NCBI RefSeq assembly: GCF_004010195.1
Contig: NC_057737.1
Coordinates: forward strand, 25,547,499 to 25,611,498
DNA from: Chiloscyllium plagiosum
Taxonomy: Eukaryota
Length of the DNA stretch: 64,000 bases
Reading direction: 5' to 3'
Both the position numbers and the translations under genes were made by a program. A model generated the notes under the pieces. The model saw only the letters and a program-made list of their open reading frames with translations, did not search any database and was not told where the DNA came from. Positions 24,343 to 36,335 of the stretch are shown here, in pieces. Position 1 is the stretch's first letter, and each line of letters starts with the position of its first letter.

Positions 24343-25616
24343 AAATTTTCATATTTACCAATTTATACAGGAGGACAATTTAAAAAGAGACTATTTGTTC
24401 AATACGCATATAGATAGATCTAAGGTGTTCCAATATATACTGATCATCCATTGACAGGAGTGATTATTGTGCCACAAACCATGTTGCAAGTAAATTTATT
24501 TTTTTAAATGCTGAGCAAATGTATACTTTTCTTTCGCATTTAAAGCTCAAATTTAACTCTAAATAAAATGTAATGCCAAACCATTTGCATCGTGGATTTA
24601 CAAGATCAAAGAAAGATAGCTATAAAAAAGAAGTGTAGTAAAAACGGGTAATCAGTGCTCAAAACTTGTATATTTGTTCGTTGGTCCTATATCGAGAAAC
24701 ATTTGCAAGTTACATGACGTGGTAAAGTACTTTGTTGATCAGGGAGAGAGAACCTCTTTTAAGAAAAAAAATGTTTGAAATCATTGTCTCAACTATATTA
24801 ATTTTTAGTTTTTGAAAATAATTTGTAATCACATAATTGGGAAATTATATTTGTAAATATGCCAGCCATTTTTTTTTGTGTGCTCCTGCAGTTACATTGG
24901 ACAATATTTAGCACAAGAGCACACTGTGATAGCATTTGTTAAGAGAAGGATGGAATTAACATCTCCTGTTGATGACCTTTCATCAGCGGGTTTAACACAG
25001 ATGTCATTTATTGCATTATGTTCCAAGATTGGAGCCAGAAAGGATTAGATTGAAGTTAGATAAATGCATTTGGGATAGCCTTCAGCAATGAAATTATTGG
25101 ATGGTGGAACAGACTTTCATCCTGTCCTTTTGTTGCTAGGTAATTATTGTGGTTGCTCCTTTTCTGCAAGTCATTGTAGTTCATGGATGAAAGCATTTTA
25201 AAGATTCAACTTTAAATCTTATTGAAACGTTAGCCAATGTATACATTCTTATTATTTTGCACCTCACATTAGACTGCTTTAAAATCTAAGACCGAATTGA
25301 CCGTACTAAAATTTAAGTTTAAATTTTGAATGGCGTTTAAGATAAAAGGGATATACTTTTTCCTGATACCTGTTTAATTTTGACTTTTAAATTGTTTTTT
25401 GACTTAATTCTTTTAGCTTCACTATATTTACTCATCTTTCTGATTTTGTTTTTTTGGCTTTCTGTCATTTGTCTGTCATTCTTATTTTCTTTCACTTTCC
25501 TCCCCCAGGAAGAGAAGTGACAGTATTAATGAGGAAAAGTTGAGCATGTACTATCTGGGATGGTTTTATTTGAGGAAATGTAGAGTACGCTAAAATAAAC
25601 TCATTTCTTTTCCCAG

Positions 25617-25667
25617 GTAATCAAAGGTGACTTTCAACTACCTGCAATTCTTAAAGATCTGCCAGAG
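25617..25667 (+). CDS. TPST1: TPST1 third coding exon (51 nt)
   Basis: TTTCTTTTCCCAG acceptor; VIKGDFQLPAILKDLPE resembles human VYKGEFQLPDFLKEKPQ (from memory); phase 0; donor GTACAG. Confidence 0.92.
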
Positions 25668-26059
25668 GTACAGTATTAGGTTGCATTGTCAACTGGATTT
25701 ACAGTGATGTTTTGGATTGTTCAAATTTGTTACTATTTCTGAGGCTATGTTTAAAAGTTACAATGGCTAAAGATATCCAAACAATGGTAAATGCTAAAGA
25801 ATCTGGGAAAATAATTTATCAGAAGGAGGTGACCAGTTGCATTCTTCAGTTAGCCTCATTTCATTTTGTAAATAGAAATGGTAAAATGCAAAATTCCTGT
25901 ACATTTGCATGCAAAGTTGTCTCAAGAATGTTGAGGAATAAGTAAGCAACCAAAGAAATGACAAACTTTTTGAAAAAGCTGACTGCACTATAATGAAATT
26001 TTATTATAACAAAAATTATGTTGAGAACAAGATACAAAGGATGTGATTGCAATACAGAT

Positions 26060-26790
26060 CGTGCAGATAAGATTCACCAGGATGTTCTCTAGGCTGGAGT
26101 CTTAGAGCGGTCAGTAACCAGGGGCCACAGTTTTAAGATAAAGAGCAGGAGTTTTAAAGAGGAGCTGAGGATCCATTTTTTTCACTCAACTCATCCATGC
26201 CAACCAGATATCCTACAATAATCTAGTCTCATTTGCCAGCATTCGGTCTATATCCCTCACAATCCTTTCTATTCCATTTTAAATGTTGTTATAATTGTTC
26301 CAGCCTTCTCCACTTCCTCTGGCAGTTCATTCCATACACTCCCCACCCTCACTGTGGAAAAAGTTGCCCCTTAGGTCTCTTTTAAATCTTTCCCATCTCA
26401 CTTTAAACCTATGCCCTGCAGTTTTAGGCTTCGCTACCCTGGGGAAAGGAACCTTGTCTTTTTACCCTATCCTTGCTCCCTGCCTCCAGTACTCCAGGGA
26501 AAACAGCCCCAGCCGATTCAGCCTCTCCCTATAGCTCCAACCCTGGCAACATCCTTGTATATCTTTTCTGAACCATTTCAAGTTTCACAACATCTTTGCT
26601 AAAGCAGAGAGACCAGAATTGAATGTAATATTCCAAAAATGGCCTAACCAATGTCTTGTACAGCTGCATGTGAGGTCTCCATTCAGAGAACCAATAAAGG
26701 CAAGTTAATCAGGGCTCATCATAGATAGATAGATGCTTGATTACTGCTGTGCACGCTATGGTTTGAAGGGCTTTTTTGCATGCTGCAAAA
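26060..26790. mobile_element. CR1 fragments: old + copy with a HER1-type minus-strand piece (about 26185-26705) inside
   Basis: The inner part matches 39440-40020 (CAGGGAAAACAGCCCCAGCC, TTTCAAGTTTCACAACATC). Confidence 0.75.
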
Positions 26791-28994
26791 ATGGTATGAC
26801 GTCATTCCTATCTTGTCCAGATTACATAGAAGGAAGAAGTAACAAATAGAACCAATGTCTATAATGGAACACACCTAAAAGATAGGATGAGTAAAAGTCA
26901 ATTAAATTCCAAGTGAGAAAATGGAATGAAAAATTCGACTAAAGGTTGTGCTTCTCCAGATGAATAGTATTAAGTCAAATTTAAGTTTTGAATAAATTCA
27001 GTACTTTAAGGGCCAGGTAACTTTTTAAAATAAAATCGGGATGAATCTAAGGAATATAGAAAATCAACAGCACCGAAAATGAAAACAACACGCAGGGCGT
27101 GTGCAGACGACGTGGCGTAGTGTTTAGCTAAAAATAACGATTTTATTTTGTAGCAAAATGATCATAGCAGCCGGATTGTGACAGATTGGTAGAAAATACT
27201 TTTAAATTTTCAAATTTGTTACGAATGTCAGACAAAATTTGACACGAGAACATAAGTGCAGTTAGGGTAAATGATGAACACCTTCTGACGAAGAGCTAGC
27301 CTTTTAGGAGCATCTTATATGAAGTCGAAGCGCAGAGGATAATGAACAGAATTCCAGATTTTGGGACTCGGCAGCTAAAGGCAAAGTTGCCAGTGGTCAG
27401 GTGGGAATAATCTGGAATCCACAAGTGTATTGGGGCTATGAAGGGAGGGGATGCAGCGAGGCAGGAAAATCATTCTTTGACGTGTTCGACCTCGGAGTTT
27501 GCTAAGCAGCGGCCTGTGTGAGGGTGACGGTCACCTCCCGGCACAAGGCAGGAAATACGGCAAGCTCTTGTACCTGACATTGCTGCCTCAGCAAAGTGTC
27601 AGGTAACAGAGACGCATGACTTGCAGGAGGTCGGAGCAGACGAATGAAATCAATTGCTTTAAAATACAACCGCTGGCAAGCCTGAGGTCCTGCAGTTTTT
27701 TTTAGAGACGGCTGTAAAGAATGCTGCTAGTGATGAGAAAAGGGGATGTGTTGACTTCAGCATTTTCATTTAGCCAGTTTTGCAGCTGGGGTCCCTTGCT
27801 CAAACGCAGCATTCTCACTGCATACTGTACGAATTTTGGGTTCACGTATCAACTTCATAATTTGACTACTATTTCGAATAAGACTGCACCTCCCCCAAAT
27901 TAAGCCAAGTGTGGTGGTAGTGTCCTATTTCGGAGCCAAATGAACTGTTCTGTTCTCACCTCAGAATGTGCTAACCACTAGGTTTGTCATAAACAGGTGT
28001 AAGAATTTAATTTTAAAAAATCTAAGTCCTGGTCATAATGTTTTTAGAGTTCAAAGGTTTATCGGCATTATTTCAGTTCCTTAATGTTTTTGATCTTATC
28101 CTATGTTTGACACTTAGTTGTTTGCATTTATTTATAATATTTTGTTTCCTCATTAATTCCAATTTTAGATGCTCCTTGTCAGCTGTTCTAGTCTAGGTTT
28201 CATTGTGGTTTTGTTTTATAGTATTGGTCCTATCTCCAAGTCTCAATCTAATTTTGTCAATTAAGCCAAAGACACTCACTCTTTTTTCTTAATTTCTTTA
28301 CTTTTTGTGAGCATATATCTAGTAAGTCTTATCTGCTTGAAAGTTTCCTCTGGCTTTTTCCTCTTGTCAGATATTTGCTGCAAATTTATGCAGATTTGTT
28401 CATCTGTTATATATTTGGGAAAAATCAAAGTCAAAACTTTCCTGTCATCACATCCAGCTCTGTTTCTTTCCTTAAATTTAAAATGCAATGGTCTGGAAAG
28501 TAGTCTTGCACATGCTGTAAAAGCTCCTGTTCTTAGCAATAAAATTACTTTTACTCATGTCTGTCTTTGGATAATTAAAACCAGATAGTATTGTGGTCTG
28601 ATGGTTCCTGGTTTGTTTTTATCTTTATAACTCTTCCTTTGACTCACTTCTACTCTTCTGTGATCCAAAACACATTTCTGAATAGTACCATTTCCCTTTT
28701 TTAAATTTATGTTTTGCCCTCTGTTACATATGTTTAATATTACAGTTAATATATTTTAGGGGTACAGATTATAGGTTTTAGAAATCAAATTTTAAATGTA
28801 AAATTCAGATATTTACAACTCAAAAGATATCCTTGTGTTTTCATGATAATGTCACAGTAATAAAGGTGAGAATCCTAAAGTTGCAGGTAGTCATACTTGA
28901 CTAAAGAACTGGAGACTAGATATCACTGCAAAAAAAAGTTATTAACTTGGTTTCCCAGAATTAAGGAAAACTTTGGAATTAGTTAATTTGGAGA

Positions 28995-29220
28995 CAAAGG
29001 GCAACCCCCTGTATCCATGGAATCAATTTCTGCGTTTTCAGTTTCCTGCGACTTACCGTGGCCTGAACATGTTACAGGGAACATTCCAGAAGCATGGACC
29101 AGGAGGCTACCGGGAAGGAATGTTTCCCATTTAAATGAATGAGTTTGCTTCAACTGTGGTTTTGGGCTTCCGCGGTAGGTCTTGGAACGTAACCCCCGAG
29201 GGTATGGGGAGACTATTGTA
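28995..29220. mobile_element. Decayed Tigger-like MITE
   Basis: Imperfect terminal inverted repeats CCCCCTGTATCCATGG / CCGAGGGTATGGGGA..TTGTA. Confidence 0.5.
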
Positions 29221-29754
29221 GTTAATTTGTGTTTTTACCTGGGAGTTGGCTGTGTGTGTCACCTTGAGTAAACCTTAGTGCAATTCTTTGTGTTTGAATT
29301 TATCTCTAGAATTCAGTTAGTGTGTAGCCAGCAGATAAGACTAGTTAATGTTGGAAATGCAGCTAACAAACTATATCAATGTTGGACCTTCAGTAGCTTT
29401 CCGGGTCATTGGAAGGCTAGGGATAAAATCATGCCCACACCTGTTACATTTTGGGTGTTAATGACAGTGGTTACCTGATAGAGGCAATTGACTATTTGTA
29501 GGAATTTCTGACGGTTCATTAAATTTGTTGAGAAGCAGTAGGTTAGATAAGATATGTAAATTAATGCGATTATATAACCCATGACAGTTGAGGATGGTTC
29601 ACTAATACCAAAGGACATAAGCATTTGGCATTGATCTCATTAAAGTTGTGAAGACAGCATTCCACTCTCTGCTTGAAGCTCTAAGGAACTCCTCCCTGCA
29701 CCTTTTTTGGTCTGTCTTGCGCCTGAAGAAAACAGTTCTTTTGAGCACAACCTA

Positions 29755-30075
29755 GGTGGCACTAGTTCAGTGGTTAGCACTGCTACCTTATAGCACCAGG
29801 GACCTGGATTCGGTTTCTAGGCTCGGACGACTGTCTGTGGAATTTTCACATTCTCCCCGTGTTTGCATGTGTTTCCTCTGCGTGCTCTGGTTTCCTCCCA
29901 CAATCCAAAGATGTGCAGGTTAGGTGAATTGGCCATGCTAAATTGCCCACAGTGTTCAGGGGTATGTAGGTGCATTAGTCAGGAGTAAATGAGTAGGGGA
30001 TTGGGTCTGAGTGGGTTAATCTTTGGCGAGTGGACTTGTTGGGCCGAAGGGTCTGTTTCCACACTGTAGGAAGTC
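29755..30075 (+). mobile_element. HE1-like SINE, near full length
   Basis: Colinear with 9484-9805. Confidence 0.88.
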
Positions 30076-30699
30076 TGTTTCTATTCTTCGAACCACCTGG
30101 CCTGCCTGGTGAGTACTGCTGTCTGACCTGAGCACAATGGGTGACTGTATTAATCACCCGTTCGAATTCTTGGACATGGAACTCATGTTGCCAGAATAAA
30201 TGTTTTCGATTTACTCATCTTCATCCAAAAGTTAGTTGTCGTGTTTTTTCTCGGAACAAAACATATTTTCCTACACAAATTGATAATAAGCTAAGTATGG
30301 GGCCTCGTGACCTTAATGATCCTTGTGATTCTTCTGACCCAATTCGCTGTAACAGCAGTTAAACAAGATCTCATGCTGCACAGAGAAAGATTCCATTTGA
30401 AAGAGACACCACTTTCCATCCCACGTAAAGTCAGTGCTGGATTTCTTGTCCAACTTAGTGCCAGAAAGAGGGAGCTGATACTCGAACTCACAGTTGGAAA
30501 TGGGAAACACAATTGGCAGATTTGTTTAGCATTGTGGAAAAGAACATACACAGTCCACAATAAAAGGAAGTTAACGTTGTTGCAGTTGAAGTTCTGGATG
30601 TAGTCATTGTGGTTACAGTTTGAAGTCATAACAGTTATTGGAAAATAAGGGTGTTTTATGATGTTTTAAGCCACCGGCAGGAATCACAGAAAGCTCATA

Positions 30700-32520
30700 A
30701 TAACATGAGCAGGAGTAGGCCATCTGGCCCTTCAAGCCTGCTCTGCCATTCAGTCAGATCATGGCTGGTCTTTTCGTGGTCTCAGCTCCACTTACCCACT
30801 CTCTCACTATAACTCTTAATTCCTTTACTGTCAAAAAAATTATCTATCTTAGCTTTGAAAGCATTTACTGAGGGAAGCCTCAACTGCTTCACTGGGCAGT
30901 GTATTCCAAAGATTCGCAACCCTCTGGGTGAAGAAGTTCCTCCTCAATTCAGTCCTAAATTTGCTCCCCCTAATTTTGAGGTTATGTCCTCTTGTCCTAG
31001 TTTCACCCGCCAGTAGAAATATCCTCTCTACTACTATCCTATCTATTCCTTTCATAATTTTATATGTTTCTATAAGATCACTGTTTTAAAAAATTCTCAA
31101 GGTCAAGGACCAGGCCATAATTTTATATGTTTCTATAAGATCACCCCCTCATTTTTCTAAATTCTAATGAATATAATACCAGTCTACTCAGTCTCTCCTC
31201 ATAAGCCGACCCCTTCAACTCCAGAATCAACCTAGTGAACCTCCTCTGCACTCCCTTTAGTGCCAGTACATCCTTTCTCAAGTAAGGAGACCAAAACTGC
31301 ATATTGTACTCCAGGTGTGGTCTCACCAGCACCCTATGAAGCTGCACCATAATCTCCCTACTTTTCAAGTCAATTCCTTTAGCAATCTAGGACAAAATTC
31401 ATTTGCCGCCTTAATTACCTATTCTATTTGCAGACCAACCTTCTGTGATTCATGCACAAGGGCACCCAGGTCTCTATGCACAGCAGTATGCTGCACATTT
31501 TTACCATTCAAGTAATAGTCCTTTTTACTGTTGTTCCGACCAAAATGGATGACTTGCACATTTATTAATGTTGTATTCAATCTGCCAGACCTTTTCCCAC
31601 TCACTTAAAGTATCTATGTCCCTTTGCAAAGTTTCGCAGTCCTCTACAAAGTTTCACAGTCCTCTGCACACTTTGCTGTACCACTTATCTTCGTGTCATC
31701 CGCAAATGTAGACACACTACATGTGGTCCCCAACTCCAACTCCTGTATCTAAATTGTGAATAATTGCGGTCCCAACACTAGGCACACTACAAGTCACCGC
31801 TAACCAGAAAAACACTAATTTATCCCCACTCTTTCCTTCCTGTTAGTTAACCAATCCTGTATCTATGCTAATATATTGCCCTTAACACCTTCCATCTTTA
31901 TCTAATGCACCAGCCTGGGTCACCTTGTCAAATATATTTGTAAATCTAGATACACCGCATCTACTGGGTCCACCATGCTCATAATGTCTTCATAGAATTC
32001 CAGTAGATTAGTTAAGCATGACTTCCCCTTCATGAACTAATTGCAGCAACTGCCCTATGGGACGTTTTCTATCTAGATGCCTTATTATTTGTTCCTTGAT
32101 AATAGCTTCAAGCATTTTCCCCACTGCAGAAGATAAGTTAACCGGTCTATAATTCCCCATCTTTTGTCTACCTCCTTTTTAAAATAGTGGCATCACATTT
32201 GCTGTTTTCCAATCTGCTGGAGCTCTCCCAGAGTCTAGTGAATTTTGGAAAATTACCATAAGTTCATTTGCTATTTTTCCTGCCACCTCTTTTAGTAACC
32301 TCGGATGTATTCCATTAGGGCCAGGAGATTTATCTACCCTTGGCTCCATTAGTTTGCACAACACTACCTTTTTCATGATAATGATTGTTTCCAGGTCCTC
32401 ACCTACCTTTGTCTGTGTCAATTGCTGGCATGTTATTTGTGTCCTCCACTGTGAAGACAGACACAAAATACCTGGCCTTGGCCATTTTCTCATATCCCAT
32501 TACCAAATTCCCCTTCTCAT
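30700..32520 (-). mobile_element. CR1 LINE, 5'-truncated (RT and C-terminal part of ORF2)
   Basis: Minus-strand ORF pieces DKSPGPNGIHPRLLKE, PADWKTANVMPLF, LVRPHLEY..QFWSPYLRKD, TRGHNLKI..RRNFFTQRV. Confidence 0.92.
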
Positions 32521-33049
32521 GCTGGAGCTATGAAATCCAAAGTCATTAGGCAAATTTTTAAAAATGGAGATTACATAATCAGAAGCTAAAGGAAAGACCC
32601 TCACAAAATCTTACATGTTGGTGAATAGCTGGAACACTGAAGAGATATCCATGAACTCCAGAGAACGATGAGTTGGCCCCAGGAAAAATGAAAGGATCTC
32701 GAAAGATTTCATTGGTTAAAGGACTTTTTTGGGGATAAATAGGAAATAGAATTGAGTTTATGACATTAGACCTTATTAGCTACAGTGGTTAATTTGTTTA
32801 ATTCTTTTTTATATACAATAAAGCTTGTTGTTTGCTTAAACATAAAATCATCTTGCATATTTCTATTGGTTATTTGCTGTTTGTTTGATGTCTTTTAAAA
32901 ATTAACTGTTCCTCACAGGATTGTAGGGCCATGTCTTATATCTTTAAGTTCTTTGCCAGTAATGAATCTCTGATTGTTACTTCCATTCTTCCTTGTTTTC
33001 TCTACTTGATTCACCCTGAATATTTTGTAACCAGGATTTCTTAGGCCTT

Positions 33050-34080
33050 GCAGAGATGTGATAGTGAATTGTTGCCGGACTAGTAATCTGGAGGCACATA
33101 ATGCTCTGGGATCCCAGACTGAAATTCCAACACAGCAGATAGCAGTGTTTGATTTTTCTAAAAATCTGGAATCAAAAATCTAATGATGAATATGAAACCA
33201 TTATTGATTGTCATTAAAAATCCATTTGGTTTACTAATGTACTTTTAGGAAAGGAAATCTGCCCTACATGTGACTTCAGACCCACAATGTGTTTGACAAT
33301 AAAATGCCAGCTGCCCTCTGCCATTCTGATTTCCAGCATTCACAGTTCTTTGGGTTTTTTGCATTCTGAAATGGCCAAGCAAGCCATTCAGATGTATCAA
33401 CCAGTAAAAGCCTGGTTAAATGGACAGAGCACCTGGCATCAACTTAGATGCTGGAAATGAATTGAGCAGAAACTGAACTGGACTAATCATCTAAATACTG
33501 TGGTTATTAGAATAAATCACGTGCAAGGAATCCTGCAGTGACTGAGTCATATTCTGACTCCCCAAAGACTGTCTACCATCTACAAGGTGCAAGTCAGGAG
33601 AATGATGGAATACTCCCACTTGCCTGGATGATTGTAACTCCATCAACACTCTAGAAGCTTTACAGCATCCAGGACAAAGCAGACCACTTGACTAGCATCA
33701 CATCCGCAAACATTCACTCCCTTCACTATTGACTCACAAGAACAGCAGTGTTTGCCATCTACAAGACGCACTGCAACAACATACCAAAACTTCTTAGGCA
33801 GCACTCTCTCGATAAATGACTGCTACTGTCTAGAAAGACAAGGGCATTAGATACACAGGAGAGCCACTGCCACTACCTGTAAGTCACCCCCCCCTCACAA
33901 CTCCGACTTGGAAATATATCACCATTCCTTAAGTGTCATTGGGAATAAATCCTGAAACGTTCTCCCTAAAGCATTGTGGGTGTGCTGATTCCATGAATGC
34001 AGCTTACCACCACCTTCTCATGGTTAACTACGAATGCCAATCAATGCTTGCCCAGCTAGCAAAGGCAACATCATGATTTT
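33050..34080 (+). mobile_element. SINE family B copy followed by a LINE family B 3' fragment
   Basis: GGAAAGGAAATCTGCC core; downstream TACAAGGTGCAAGTCAGGAGAATGATGGAATACTCCCACTTGCCTGGATG (YK.QVR..MEY..LAWM-like). Confidence 0.7.
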
Positions 34081-35044
34081 TTAAAAAAATTACTTCTGCC
34101 CAAAAGCAAGCCCGAACTGCCTTAATCCTAAAGTGTTCCTTCTAATTCATTAATTTTATTCAATATATACTTTTTCTACTTTAATGTTCTTTCTGTTTGA
34201 TAATCTCTCACTTTTTAAAATCATTTTTCTTTTCATTTTTTTCAAAATCCTTCCTGTATCCTTTTTCTCATGTGTTTTAAGTTGTTTCATCAGCATTTTA
34301 ATAAACCATCTTCCACAGCAATAATCACACTAACAATGAAAGTTCCTATTCATACAAATAAAAGCAAAATACTACAGGTGCTGCAAATCTGAAATAAAAA
34401 TAAAAATGCCTGAGAAACTCAGCAGATTTGGCAGCATCTGTGGAAAAACAGCTAATGTTTTGATTCTAGTAGGACCTTTATTCATACAAAGCCAGCTTAT
34501 CCTATATGTGTAACTTATGTCTCAGAGCTTGGCATAGAACATTTTATCAATGTCAGTCAGACCTGATTTTCACTTTCTGCAGTGCTATTTTTTGCTGTAT
34601 TATTTAAATGACATTGTCTTTTTTTTTGCATTAAAAGAATAGGACACTTGACATTGATCAGTCTTAAAAACAATTCATTCTGTACTTTAAATTTAACTTT
34701 CTCTTCCAATAGTTGCACTTATGTGATTATTTCAATTAAAAAATCATATTCTTTTTATGAAAATGACAAATTATAATTTGGAATATGTAAATTAAAGTAA
34801 TATGCAGTCCTGTCGCCACCCCTTTTGGTTGAGGATATCAAATTTTAAAATTTGTTTTCTAATAAATGCTGCTAATTATTATTTTTCTGTTTTGTACTGG
34901 GTATGTACTGTGTTTTGGGGGAACAGAAATGAACAAATATGCCATTAACATATGTTTTTGAATCCTGACTTTAGTGATTGTAATGAGGTCAGCCAGATGG
35001 ACCTTTACAGAAAATGAGTTCCATGATTGGCGCTGTTAATCTTG

Positions 35045-35240
35045 GCAGCATCTGACGAGCAGCAAAATCGACGTTTCGGGCAAAAGCCCTTCATCAGGAA
35101 TAAAGCTTTATTCCTGATGGGCTTTTGTCCGAAACGTCGATTTTGCTGCTCTTCGGATGCTGCCTGAATTGCTGTGCTCTTTCAGCACCACTGATCCAGA
35201 ATCTGGTTTCCAGCATCTGCAGTCATTGTTTTACCCCGCA
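35045..35240. mobile_element. Palindromic PLE family A mini-insertion inside the 5' LTR
   Basis: Arms of about 60 bp inverted around AAAG|CTTT (35105/35106); 10-bp duplication GTTAATCTTG at 35035-35044 and 35241-35250. Confidence 0.88.
35066..35101 (-). ncRNA. Minimal hammerhead ribozyme motif, intact core
   Basis: Minus strand reads ATTC-CTGATGA-A-GGGC TTTT GCCC-GAAA-CGTC-GATT. Confidence 0.75.
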
Positions 35241-35279
35241 GTTAATCTTGTCCAGTCAGGGAGCACTAGCTGACAGATA

Positions 35280-35775
35280 CCTGCTATAGGAAGGATGTTG
35301 GGAAATTTGAAAGGGTTCAGAAAGTTGGAGGGTTTGAGCTTTAGGGAGAGGTTGAATATGCTGGGGCTATTTTCTCTGGAGCATCGGAGGCTGAGGCATG
35401 ACCTTTTAGAGATTTATAAAATTATGAGGGGCATGGATAGAGTAAATAGATAAGGTCTTTTCCCTGGGGTGTGGGTCCAAAGCTAGAAGGCATAGGTTTA
35501 AGTGAGAGGGCAAAGATTTAAAAGGGACCTTAGAGGCAAATTTTCACGCAGAAGGTATTGCATGTATGGAACAAGCTGCCAGAGGAAGTGGTGGAAGCTG
35601 GCACAATTATAGCATTTAAAAGGCATCTGGATGGATACATGAAGAATAAGAAGGGTTTAGAGGGCTTTGGGCCAAATGCTGGCAAATGAAACTAGATTTA
35701 TTTAGAACATCTGTCAGCATGGGCAAGTTGGACCGAAGGGTCTGTTTCCGTGCTGTACATCTCTATGACTCTATA
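35280..35775 (+). mobile_element. HER1/CR1 3' fragment inside the 5' LTR
   Basis: Reverse complement of 39397-39900; tail GGACCGAAGGGTCTGTTTCCGTGCTGTACATCTCTATGACTCTAT. Confidence 0.88.
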
Positions 35776-36174
35776 TAAACAGGTGTGTATGCGGTTTTGT
35801 GAATTCTGAGAGCTGGCTCTGAGGAAGCTGGATGAGTGTAAATAAAGGGATGCCAGCCTCTGGAGCTATTTCAGTGGTGACGAGAGAAAAATGTGCTCCT
35901 GAAGAAATTCGCTCACAACAGTCATCTTTGAGGTGGGGTAAGGATTTCTGGTATCATGCCATTACTTGGGAATCTTGACTCGTTCAATCCTGCTGATAAT
36001 GACTCAGCCCAGTTTGTGAAAATAATGAGTTTGTTTCCTTGTAAATGACATTCGACAGATGAAAAACAATCAGTAATTCTCCTGACAGCTTGTGGACCTG
36101 CAGCTTTTTTGTTTGGTTTTCGGAGGTAAACTTTCCCTGAGGCACCAGATACTAAAATCTTTCAAGAGTTAGAG

Positions 36175-36335
36175 TGGAAGATATACAGCTTGGAAACAGA
36201 CCCTTCAATCCAACTCATCCATGCTGACCAGATATCCTAAATTAATCTAGCCCCATTTGCCAGCACTTGACCCATATCCCTCTAAACTCTTCCTCGTCAT
36301 ATACCCATCCAGCTACCTTTAAAATGCTGTAATTG
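36175..36335 (-). mobile_element. HER1/CR1 3' end inside the Gypsy internal region
   Basis: GGAAACAGACCCTTC..CCAGATATCCTAA matches 39420-39570. Confidence 0.8.
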
